Shown here piece after piece: positions 46,793 to 58,699 of a stretch of DNA of 64,000 bases; position 1 is the first letter of the stretch; each line of letters begins with the position of its first letter. The notes under the pieces were generated by a model, which had not been told where the DNA came from, ran no database searches, and saw only the letters and a program-made list of their open reading frames with translations. The position numbers were made by a program, and so were the translations under genes. The stretch comes from Massalongia carnosa (taxonomy: Eukaryota): the NCBI GenBank assembly GCA_965645245.1, contig OZ287085.1:1364001-1428000 (forward strand), in the 5' to 3' direction.

Positions 46793-49546
46793 GATTGAAT
46801 ACAAAGTAGATTTAACTAAAGAATCTGAGACAGTGAGAATACGTGCTTTTACGATGGATGTAAATGATGAATGCGAATGATGTCATGAAAGATTGAGAAT
46901 ACAACGTTTTGGGGGGTAAGTATGTGGATGAAGAATGGAGAAGGAAGAAGGAAGAAGAGAAGAAAGGAAACTGAGAGTTATGCTAATGGGTAAAGGGGGC
47001 TAGACCTTGTCAGGCTAACCGGAGTGTGTAACTAGATATTTACTGATAAGTAGAAATACTAACAACGTATTCGGACAGAATCCTGCTATCGCAATATCCC
47101 TTCTCTTCACCTTCCTCCTTTCATGGGCATGTAGTAGGTGATTGAAACTTTGAGAGCAGATCAATTCACAAGTTATCTGTAATACATCCTCTCTGGTTTC
47201 CACTCACCACGATTATCATTTGATGTTCAGAAACTGGAATTTACAAGGGACCCTATGCACCTCCTTCTAGCCTTTCACCCCTAGCGTCACCTTGTTCCCT
47301 GTCCCCTCGCCATCTCACCATTTTTATCTTCAATTCTATCGTATCTTGCTATTTCTCTGTTAGTATCTCCGCGCCAAGTTTGGTTTCGCGCTTCATGTTC
47401 GCACCTCAAGGGTGGAGGCGAGAGGAAGGAGGTATAAATGTTAGATGTTGAGGCTTGATTCAAGGCGTGAAAGATATGGGGAAATTACAGCTCCAGTTCC
47501 ATGATGGGGAGTGGGTATCGATAACAGGATTCATTCGAAAATGGGTGATTCACAATAACCTTGGGAAGTGAACCTAAAAGATTCGTCATCTCCTGTTGCA
47601 TGTTGAGTTTTCGGTTTTCATATGAGAGAACTTTTCCTTCGTCTACTCTTTAACCGATGACATACTAGTATTTTTTTTGCGACAGCTGCGACTTTGTAGA
47701 ACGCGTCGGTTTATGTGACATCAAATTCCCTAATACTCTCCTTTTCAGGTGGCGTATTTTGGGGGGGTGTTTTATTGCGTTATTTCGTGTCTGCTGCCTA
47801 ATAGATGGCGTCTCTGCCCTAAAAAAATTGTTTCTTCTAACTCGGCGCTCTTCTTCCCATTTTCAAAGGGAGAGTAGACCAACACCAAAGGTTTTTAAAC
47901 CTTGAATTCACTGGCTGAGCCGTGATGAAACTTTATTCCTGAGTTAGAGCACAACTTAACGCCTCGGTCAATGGTATTTCTAGGGGATTGTTCTATTACT
48001 ACAATCCCACCCTCAGAAGTTTTCACGAATAGTAAGACTAACAATACAAAGGACAGTAACAGGCACACAAACTGGCTAAGCTACTTCTGCTGATCAAATT
48101 TCATTGGTGGCAGCAAGGTCGCTCTTATATAACAAAGCCCTTGAATATGCTCACTCACGCACCAAGCAGTAGCCTAAGCAAGCTAAATAGTGCATTTGAA
48201 CCAGTCATCGGCAGGCAAACGCTAGAATAACGCTAGAATAGGTGGTTTGGTAGTAATTGTATTGGAAGTATCGATAAGTTTTGCGTCTTCAGCCTCTAAG
48301 ATCGTCATCGGAAATATCAACGTCTGTTACCAAAGGCTACGTTTGAATCGCTGACTTCATGAATCATCAAAGACCATAACATCGCAGATTCCCAAGACAT
48401 ATCCAATACCAATATCTCGCTCCAGTGTCTCCACCATAGCAGTTTCCGTCGCCCTTAAGTCTTGCTCCTTCTGCATCCGGCATCTCCATAAACGACACTA
48501 CAATTCCTCTTACCGCCACGCCTACGCCTCTTGCCTCTGCCTTCAAAATAGCAGGTGAACCCATATTTCTGAATAGTACCTCCGCACATAGCATCGACAA
48601 CTAATTCCTCCTTCCTGACGCCCTCATTACATTCGTCTTCGACACCCTCTCCCTCTCGCACCATCGTCTTTGATCCTCGTCCACTCAAGTTCCTAGCCTC
48701 ACGACTGCTAGCCATACTACCAGCCACACTGCCGCGCCCGATGTCGCTTTGCAGTATGTTGTTAATGGCAAAACTTTCCTGCCGAGTAGTCAGGATGCTT
48801 AGAGCCCGAGTACGCATGTCGGTGTTGAGATCGAGGCGAGAGCTATGGAGGCTAGATGAAAAATAATGAGAGGAGCTATGATGAAGATGTAGGGCCAATA
48901 CAATAAAATCGAGGGTTTTTTGAGATGCTGCCACAATTAACTGTTTCCAAACCTCTTATACTGAAACTAGACGGCTGAGTACCTTCAATGGTTTCTTCTT
49001 TCATTTTGTTCGTCCCTGGATGCGATTCATTAAGAGCCATCAATTACCATGGAAAATTTTGGTTATACTATACTCCTTCTTTCTATTTACGAATTCCCAA
49101 TTAATACAATCATAAAGTCCCTCAGGGAATCGTATGCTGTCGTTGGCGATGTGATCAGTTGGGGCTGCCCCTTCCATCTGGCCATTTGTCTATGTAGCCT
49201 ACGTTCTTTCCTCAACTTATCTGGACATCTTCAAGATGTTCTCAAACAGAAGTAACAATGATATAGAGCTACTTAACTTCGTCTTTTGCCTTCAGTCTTT
49301 CTTGTTCCCCAGAGCTCCAACATTATAAAAAGCGTGAGTTATTCCGTTCACACACATTGTCTTGCAGGTCGCTGACTCCATTTCAGATCCATAGCTCTCA
49401 TATTACTATCCAGCATTTTTATCAGCACCATAGCTGATGTATGTATTCTCCTTGGATTGAGAGCATACGAAAGTCTTCCGTTTACATTTCTCCTTTAGAT
49501 TTTTATCGAAGCATACCCAACCCTCAGCATTCCGACCACATCCACC

Positions 49547-50206
49547 ATGTCCTCCCTCACGCCTCTCCAACAAGCGTTTCTCAACGCCTACGCCGCCGCT
49601 TGTGCCGAAGTGCCCCGTGATTTTCGCCGATCACTTATACTGATCGGCGGTGCCGCCAGCATCGCTCATGGAATGTCAGACCGCAAGACCAAGGACGCTG
49701 ACATTCTTGTCAGCTCCGAGTCCCTGGCATTCCTTGAGGATGCGATCGTCAATCGGCGGGGGGGCTTCCACAAGGACACGGACGGAATCAACAAGTGGGA
49801 CCAACGGGCCCCTGAGGGTGAGTACATGTTCAACGTTCCGGTTGAACTGATACTCATCAACGGCCCGTTTGCCCCACGGATTCCGGACGTTGTCGGCTTC
49901 GGGGACGGGTGTATCGCCACCCTTCCGGAGCTCGTGCGGTTTCGGGCGGAGACGTTTGTTGCGAGAGGTAACGAGGAGGACTACTTCGATTTCCGGCGCC
50001 TCCTCCCCATGACTAGTCAACGAGGGCTTAAGCTTCCCCACATTGAGGAGGAGGAGCTGGAAACGATGTTGGAAGCGGTCGGAATGCTGAAGGACGGGAA
50101 TTTAGAGTGCATTTTTATGAGCATATTATCCACATTTACGCAGGGAGGGCGGGTGTGGTCATCTTGGGAGGAGTGGGAGTATTATTACTTGTTAGTAGCA
50201 TCTTAG
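49547..50206 (+). CDS. Nucleotidyltransferase-fold protein (AbiEii-like motif pattern), 219 aa
   Basis: LILIGGAASIAHG..RKTKDADILV, third acid in VPVELI, and ATLPELVRFRA..RGNEEDYFDF. Start context CACCATG; two plausible 5'-UTR introns at 49334-49386 and 49439-49498. Confidence 0.75.
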   Translation: MSSLTPLQQAFLNAYAAACAEVPRDFRRSLILIGGAASIAHGMSDRKTKDADILVSSESLAFLEDAIVNRRGGFHKDTDGINKWDQRAPEGEYMFNVPVELILINGPFAPRIPDVVGFGDGCIATLPELVRFRAETFVARGNEEDYFDFRRLLPMTSQRGLKLPHIEEEELETMLEAVGMLKDGNLECIFMSILSTFTQGGRVWSSWEEWEYYYLLVAS

Positions 50207-51324
50207 ACTGCATTATTATCATTTTGCACAGGAACTCGACCATGAAACTTATCCATGCGTGATGAGCGAAAGGTGTGTTTCTCATAGCAAGTCCTAACCA
50301 GGCAAGTAATGCGGTTCATCAATCACCCGACAAAGGTCGTTATGTTCTCAGCGTGATGGCTGAGGCATAGGGATCACCGCACTCCCTACCCTGTATGTAA
50401 AAAGGCTTGTGGTACTGTAGATAACTGAGATCCGATGAGGGCAGGCCCTCCGCGGGGCTGCGCTTCGTAGTTACTCGAAACATTTGTAACACGTACCTTG
50501 TAGATAACAACTTGACGATCGGCGGATCAAGCGAGACTTCTGGTGCGGCCGAAAGATGCAGTCGCTCTTGAGTCCAAGAACTTGCAAGTGCAAACATCGT
50601 GATAACTCGTTTCGATGTCATTGTTATTATTAGGAATAGGAATCAAACTACCTGGGCGATTAGGTTAGGGCTAGAAAACGAGGATAAGGTAGGGCTAGTT
50701 AGAAAGGGCGGGGATGTCGATTGGCTTGCGGCTCAACGGGTTTTTCTGGCCTTTTCTTTTTCTTCTTTTCTCAATCCATTCTCCGTTGTCAACTTACATC
50801 ATTGCGACGATCCATATCGCATCGCGCATATGTGGAGGTGTTTGTCTCTTCTGCTTGACAGCCGGTATTACAGGTTATATCAGTTCTTTTTCAGTGAACA
50901 GGAAATACTTGCACGAAAAACTGCACGAAGCAAGGTCTCGTAACATGAACCTGTTCTGCTTCAATGCATGGTGCAAAACTTGGCATGGAGATGCGCTCAT
51001 GCGATGCTGGTCGCGGAAGTAGCTCGTTATTTCAACGGGGACGTTGGAATGGAGAACGTTGAGGGTTGCTATTTTTATGCTCTCTGGGCGTGCATATGGA
51101 GTGCAGATCCGCTTGTATGCACGACATCCCGGGTGGTACAGAGTACATACATGGGCAATCAATGACTATTTGCTTCATTCGGCCCCCATCGCAGAAGGGT
51201 GGAGAAATGGGGAAAGATAAATGCCTTCGATGTCAAAGGTATGAATATGGGGTCATGCTACAATTTTCTTCGGGAAGGTTTCTTTAGTTGTATACAAGGC
51301 GATTTCAAAACTGTTGTGTTGATA

Positions 51325-52654
51325 ATGGCTCCAGTCACCAAACCCCTTCATCCGGACGAGGACAGAGCGTGGAAGCTTCTTGTTATGTATTGGACTGAAT
51401 TTGCAATTGCAGTGATCGTTGTCGCTCTGAGGTTCTATTCGCGCATCAAAATTAGGGGCTTGGGTTTGGATGATTGGACCATGCTGTTCACTATGGTAAG
51501 GCAATATCACACCCTCCCACCAAATCCACCAACAGTAAACGTCAGCTTCTTGTCACCGTCCTTGGGGTCTTGGCCAGCCTGAGCGCTTCCCACGGAGGCG
51601 CCCGGCATCTCAACTATCTCCACATTACCGATATCTCCGCAATCCTGAAGCTGAACTGGATGATTCCAACCGTTCGGCATTATGAGCCTCACTACCGCCA
51701 AGATCTCCATTGCGTTCGTTATGTTAAGGATCATCAGCTCGACCGACGTCTGGCGCCGGCGCTTTATATATTTCTGCATGATTTCCACCTTTGCCATCAG
51801 CGCCTGCGGGGCCATATTGACGTTTGTGCAATGCAATCCTCCGAGAGCGCTGTGGACATATGTGCCCGGGGGCAGGTGCTGGGATCCGAGGGTGCAGGTT
51901 AATTTTGCGATTTTCTCAGCAAGTAAGCATCTAAGCTTCTTGGATCGAAGGTGAACGAAAGCGATGCTGATCACCGGGTAGGCTGGAATGCTTTCATGGA
52001 TGTCTGCTTGGCCTTGCTGCCCATCTCGATCATCTGGAAATTGCACATGGCGGTTCGGAAGAAACTCGGATTATGCATCCTGTTGGGTTTGGGTTTGGGA
52101 ATCTTGTACTTACTCCTTCTAACTTTGCCAAGTCACCGATCAAGGCTAATGGCAAAGCGCAACCAGCGCCGGTATTTGCGCTATAATCAAAACTTCGAAA
52201 CTGGTCGCTTTGAGCGTCAGGTCCGACCTTACTTGTAAGTCCTTTCTCGTCCACCTCCCCCAAAACCCATTAACCTCATCCTCAGAGGCAACTTTCGACC
52301 TCTTCGCCTGGACATCGTAACTCTCCCTCCCTTGTCTAAATTCCACTTACCGTCGCCTAGCTTCTGGAAACCGAGTTACTAATCACCCCTTCGCCTAGAG
52401 CCGAGCTGTTCTGCCTCATCCTTTGCGGCTCCATCCCGGCCCTCAAACCGCTCTACGATCAACTCATCAAGAAGTGTACACGCCCCGCCAGCACCAGGTC
52501 CGGCCAAAAACCTCTCGTCTACCCCGGCGGAATGCAGCAAGCGTACTCGCCGCAAGGGTACCCTCCTCGAGGAACGTCGAAAGGGAGCGCTGCGTCCGAG
52601 TCTTCCACCAACGGGGATATAGGCGACCGGAGAGGCATCTCTTCAATCGTATAA
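51325..52654 (+). pseudogene. PTH11-like (fungal rhodopsin-domain) integral membrane protein with one apparent +1 frameshift
   Basis: LRFYSR..GLDDW, G.GRH-like GGARH, AKISIA, QCNPPRALW..CW, D..LALLP..IWKL and E..CGSIPALKPL across multiple GT-AG introns. The frame shift near 51665 may be a sequencing error. Confidence 0.8.
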
Positions 52655-53689
52655 ATTTCGTATAAAGTCTTTATGAAAGATATTTTTTAAAACGCACAGT
52701 TCAGAGAAAAAGCCCTACAAATGCTCAGCCCATCTCCTGACTCTCTTGGTCCATCTATCAGCCAATTGAATCCATACTTCCATGCCCCCTTTTCTTTCCT
52801 TCCTCCCGCTCAGCTCACTCGCTCGTTCGCCCGCTCTCCACCCCCGAGACCCTACTAGTTTAATTACATGACCTGAGCTAATTGAGAGTTGATGGAGTTA
52901 GACTAGGCGGTATATAAAAGAAGAAGATGGAGAAGAGGAAGAAATCGACGTGTCTCCCGCTCGTACTTCTTCGCGTCAAACAAGCGATTCAGAGATTGAA
53001 GCAAGAAAACGAAAGCGGGAAACGATGACTAAAGAATTATATACTCGGTGGAATTTTGATGGTGTGTGTGTGGGTGGGTAAGGAAGTAAGTAAGTGAGTA
53101 ATACAGAGTAGGATAAATAGTGGATAGTGGATAGCTAGTTATTCGAGTCGTCACGATCTAGAAAAAAGGAAATACAAAAAAATAAAGATGAAGAAGAGAG
53201 AGCGAGAGAGGGAAATCGACACAAAACCGTCGTTATTCTATCTATCTCCACAGTCCTTGCTGTTCCCCCTCTCCACCTCCTTCGCTCCCGGCAAAGAAAC
53301 CAACTTAAAAATAAAAGATCGAATAACAAAAACTAGCGGGCTTCCTTTCCCCTTTTCTTCCTCGGAAAAAAAAATACACACCAAAAAACGTAGAAAGAAA
53401 GAAAAGGACTGGTGTCCCGGAATAGCGGGCTAGGGAAAAATCGATCATGGTGATGTTTGAAGGGGGTTCCATTCTTTTGCTTTTCTCTCTCTCTCTCCAG
53501 ACATGAAAGACTACCCCTTTTTGGGGGGGGGGGTTTCTCGCTTTCTCTAACATCCGTATTTTCGGCAGTTCGCACGAAACTCGCAAACCCCCGATTCTCA
53601 AAAAAAAGAAATAGAAAACGAACCCCCCCCCCCACCCAACTCCCCCGCGCCCCCAGTAGACCGGAAAATGAACAAAATTCATGAGGAGC

Positions 53690-54060
53690 GAGATGGCAGT
53701 TGCCTCGCCCCAGGTTCGCAGGGCCTTCGCTGTCGAGCCGATCGTGGTAGTCCTGGTACTCGCGGAAGTAGCGCGGCGAGTCTGTTATCCAGAGGTAGCC
53801 GAGCTCTTCCATGGTCTGGGAGGGATTAGATTGCTCAGCAGGAGTAAGGTTTGACGGGGGGAAGGTGAGGAGCAAGAGACGGATTTGTATAATTGTAAAA
53901 TGTAAATTTTCGTCGTTTTTATCTATACAGAGGGGGGGATTTACTGACAAGGGAGGGAAAGAAGACGTACAATATAGTTATCGCAACAAGCGCGGTCATA
54001 CTGGCTGCACTCGGATGCTTCCTTGTCTAGTTCATCCGCGAGAATCAGTCGTATGGCACT
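53690..54060 (-). other. Probable fragment of an unidentified spliced gene
   Basis: Protein-like segments ADELDKEASECSQYDRACCDNY and TMEELGYLWITDSPRYFREYQDYHDRLD, separated by an intron-like stretch; no clear start or family. Confidence 0.35.
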
Positions 54061-55162
54061 AGGTAGAGCGAACACAGGGCTACACATATGGTGTGCAATC
54101 TCTCCTGTTGAGGGAAAGGGGAGCGTTGTCCTTGCAATAAAGGGATCAGGCACGGCCGTAGGCGGGAGGCTCGAGGGTGAGCGATGGGTTTGGTTTTTCC
54201 CGAGGGATTATCAGAAAATGGAGATAGACAAGAACATTTGATTCCTATAGGAATATTGAACCGTGTGCTATGATTGTGGAATCCAGATGCTCAGTTGAGA
54301 TAGTATTCGAACCAAAAGCAACGCCAAGCCCTGTTTCAAGTTTTGTAGGACTCCATGCGTCTGGATCGTCTGCCGGGAAAACGGTTTCGCTTGGAAAGGC
54401 ATCGGTTGCCCGATTGGAAAGCCCAACGGCGGGATCGCCGGCAAAATGAAGGTTTGAGAGCGGAGAGGCAAAGAGCATTGAGAAGGGTGCAATGACAAGA
54501 AATGATAGACATGGATATATGATTGCGAAAAACCACGCAGTGAATGGAACGAGAAACTTAGTTTCGGCGGAAGAATTGCTTTAAGAAATAGCTTCAATCC
54601 GATTCCTATCCAACTTTTGAATGTTCTCGATATTTATGGCTTTCGCGCCACCTTGCCAAGGATGACATGGATTCTACCAAGCCTAGTGATGGATCGTTCA
54701 TCGGGGCAGAATAGCTATAGAACTGCCCAGGCGTGAAGAAGGATTTTAGTCCCTCGCTCGCTCGCGAACGGGCATTTAGAGCTTCTTATTCTCCGCACTG
54801 TAGAATCTCGATCCGTGTATCCTTGATGAGAGGACTTTTTGAACCCCCTGGTGAGTTAGCTCAGATAATTCCGTTCCAGAGGTTGAGAGCTAACTGAGGC
54901 GAGATGCCTTATATGCTGGACTGGTACGGCCAAGACTGGCCCCAATTCTGAATATTAGTAGATGCGCCTCGAGAGAGCATGTCGATGTTGGTTTTCCACG
55001 AGGATCGTGAATAACACGAATATACATTATGACTGTGGTGTACATTCTATATCGAATGCAAAGGGTGTACTTCGTCTAGAGCAGGCTTGGATGCTTCCAC
55101 GTGATCGATCTCGTGATCAACCCCCTGCATCCAGCGCTCACGTGCCATTAGTTCCATAAACC

Positions 55163-56903
55163 ACGTGGGTGTCAAAAGTTTTTACCTAATGGGGGTCAGG
55201 GCCCCTCACCAAAATTTTCAAGGCACTTCACCAAAATCATCAGAATTTACCATAGATCGGATTTTATTGCTTTGCCCTCCGTCGCTATTAATCTCTTACA
55301 TCGATCAGGCATCTCCTTAATTCGGGCCCGAATTTCATCTATAGATATTTTGTTCCATTCATCTAGAATCACCCGTTTTAACTCTCTCACATTGCTGCAC
55401 CGTCGCCGTCTAACTCGCTGTTTCAGAATATTCCATACCACTTCCGTTGGATTGAGATCAGGGGATTGCGGAGGATGATTCAACGTTTCAATCCAGCTAG
55501 CTGCCTTAAATCTACGTACGATATTGTCTGTAGATCGTGTGCCGTGACTAGGATCGTTATGTTCTTGAAAGATGTATTGTAATTGAAGCTCTGCTGGCAT
55601 AGTAAAAAGCTCACTTTTGAAACGATTGATTTTTTTATCTACCTATCTAAGGACCGTGTTTATATAGATAGAAAAACATGCCGAAAACCGTTCTCCCTAT
55701 GACTCACCTTCCTGCTTCCTGGAAATCTAAGATTGGTGATTGACTCATATCCAATTTATGACTCGATGGGAATGTTCATAGAAGTTTTGCGGTGCTTCTC
55801 GAGGTCGTTATGTGTTGCCTAATGTTCTTACCAACGCACTAATCCCAATGCGGTACTATGTGACTCTGAACACTTTACTAGGCATCAGCCGGGTGACTTT
55901 GCACATTACAACAAGATGCAAAATCGATCATGAAAAACACGACATTCATGAATTTCAGTCATATAGCCGGGAAGCAGACGCTCCGTAAAGTAAGCTTGAG
56001 TCATGCTATTGCCTTTTGATTTAATTTCTAAAATCGTGAGGTAGAGATGCCTCCCATTCAGCTATTCGCTGACGATGATCATGCTCCGTTTCATACTTCG
56101 ACTTGTGTGGTTTTCTGGGCTTGTGAACCTGAATTTCAGGCGCGTCGTGCTCGTCATTGTAAAACGTCAGCGGCCCTTTATGATGCCACGAAATAGAAGC
56201 GGCCAAATGCAGTTTTACTCCCTTCATGTCCGGCATCTTTTGCATGTTTTCTGACTCGTATCTAGTGCCTTCCTCTCGAAGAACTCGCTCTTGGTACGTT
56301 TGATCCGGGACGAAATGAGCCTCATCCGTGAAATGAACGTACTGCCAGAAATTCTCAATTGTATGATTTTCATGCTCTTTCCCGTATAGAACTCGTAGTT
56401 AGTCGCTCGTTTTTCTGACTGAGCGTTTTCACCTTCGCTTTTTTAAATCGAGTAGCACGAGGTTTGCGAGCACTGAATCCTCTTTGCAGTGTACGTCGCG
56501 TTGCATCTATATGAAAGTGCTCCAATTGTACGGTGTACGGCTGATCGCGAACGCTATTTGTATGTGAATTCAGCATTTGATTTATCAACTAAATGCTCAC
56601 TTTTTTAGGTCAACCGCTACGAGAACGTCGTCGATAGGCGACGTCTTCAAGACGCTGGCGTTGCTTCAGCCAATATTTTCCTCGATCGAGCTTGATGCTC
56701 TCCTGCTCGCAGACATCTTTGATGATGACATTCCGGCCGATGATCAAAAGCATGAAAAGGCAGGTTTTTCTGATGGTATCAGCATCAGGGGATTTTTTGG
56801 CCTGTGGTGGTGGAGTAGATGGTGCCATGGTTGATTAGGGGAGGAAGGGGATTATCGCTTAAAAATCCTACCCTCATTAGGTAAAAACTTTTGACACCCG
56901 CTG
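55163..56903 (-). mobile_element. Tc1/mariner element, defective
   Basis: 25-bp perfect TIR core GGGTGTCAAAAGTTTTTACCTAATG (55167-91 / 56875-99). Transposase pieces HFTDEAHF, FQEHNDPSH (catalytic D reads H) and PPQSPDLNPTE; frameshifts and an internal insertion. Confidence 0.9.
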
Positions 56904-57029
56904 TGAACACAGGCAGCAGCTTATCTAATCACAGTTCCAGCCTCAGAGTCATCCCAATTATCAAACTACATATTCTCGACCTCCCTACCCATTTCCTGCG
57001 CATTTCCATCAACTTACAAGCATACCCTC

Positions 57030-57737
57030 ATTGTCATTATTTCTCGCTCTGCCTCTCGAGACTCGCACCAAAATCTATAAAGAACTCCTCTATCCCGCGC
57101 CCGGAAAAGTTCATACCCTTTATCATTCCCAGGCTGGACGGGATCGTTCCTTAAACATTTATCCCACAATCCTACAAGTCAGCAAACAAATCTACCACGA
57201 GGCGAGTTGGATCCTGTATGATCTAAATATCTTCCTATCATTTTTGTGACTTGGTGTACATACGTTGGAATGCGAAATTAGCTGCTCCCTCGATCAGCTA
57301 TCCAGACCTGAATCCTTGCTACGATCCGATCCGAAACACATCCTTCCACTTACGAACAATACTAGGCGTTCGAAATGGGTCAGGGCCTCAGGCTTGATCT
57401 ACCCGCATTGTTTTCGGCGCCCACGCCACATTCAGCTCCTCACCTATGAAGACACGTATTTTTCGAACATGAAAGCTATGATCATGTTATTTTAGCTGAG
57501 CTGGCCACCGATGAGGAAGCGGGTTCGTTTGCTGTGCCCCTGATGAAAACTTTTACGTTTAGGTGCGACGGAAATAGCGCACCCATGTCGAATCTGGATT
57601 CATCGATGGTGAAGAAATTTGAGAAGTTATTTGCACGGGTGGGCATGCTTCGCAAGACTAGGCTTGTGAAGTTCATAGGTTGTTCCGCCTTTGCTCTAGG
57701 AAAGGAAACTCCTAATTTTTACGCTGGACGTCGCTAG
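57030..57737 (+). pseudogene. F-box-like fungal hypothetical gene, disrupted
   Basis: FLALPLETRTKIYKELL..PTILQVSKQIYHEASWILY pattern typical of fungal F-box-like proteins; the frame is broken by stops. Confidence 0.5.
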
Positions 57738-58699
57738 CTGGAAACATGGGAGAAAATTCATTCGCCCTCATTGCTGGACAGACTAAATTATAGGACTATG
57801 GTATTCTTGATCTAGACGCTGGAGCCATGCATATGGCATGAATTTGTTTCCTTGCATCAGATCTTGGAGCCATTCTTGATTATTTGTTCGTCGGCACTAT
57901 AGCCCACCACATCATTTCTACCAGCCGGCTCTCCTGTGAATGGATGCTTTCTCAGCACCCAACTAAACTAATTAGCCACTAGAGGCCAAGCCTGTCGGGC
58001 TGAGGAAACTCTCTCCGTTCTTCTGAACTGAAAGAGTGACTCGTCGGTGTTATATGGTTATTACCATGATAGCTAGCCTCAGCAACGCTTTAGTTTTTGG
58101 AGAAAGGCTGTGCTTGAACGAGGATGGAAGATAGAGGGGGATGACAGAAGATGGAGGCGCGATGTGCTTTCTTCTGTCTTACTTTCTTTCCTTTACATTC
58201 CTCTAATTGTGCTCTAACGAAACAAATCCGCAACGCATGATGTTTCCGAAATCTGACCGAGTCTGTGGGGGATGTCGTCTAAGTTGCTCACTCACCTATC
58301 GTTTTTTTTCAACGTCTTTTTCCAAGATCCCCCATCTTCTGTCTCCGCCAGCCAGCAAGATACGTCTCCTCCTCCTCCTCCAATATCCAATTGCCATCTA
58401 ATTCCCAATCCAGGAAAGGCTCTTCCCTCCCATCTCCTTTTCTCTCTACACTACCCAAAACTAGCAAAACACCCACTCAATCACTAAATTGCCCAATGCC
58501 TGAGGGGTAGAGTTCAACCCGCAAAACAACCTCTCTCTCTCTCTCTCTATCCACTCGGCGCGGTTAGGTTTCTCTCGAAAAGCCCTAGTTCCTTTTTTTC
58601 CCTCCCTCCTTCTCGCCCTTTCCTTTCCCCCTTTCCCCTCTCTCGCTTTTCATCGCCCCTTCTTGCCTTTTTGCTATCTCCTATCCTATCTCACCGCGA

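Noticed and set aside
48367..48934. ORFs between the two NTase-like genes
   Set aside because: No motifs; the opposite strand shows only a stop-interrupted Ser/Thr-rich trace.
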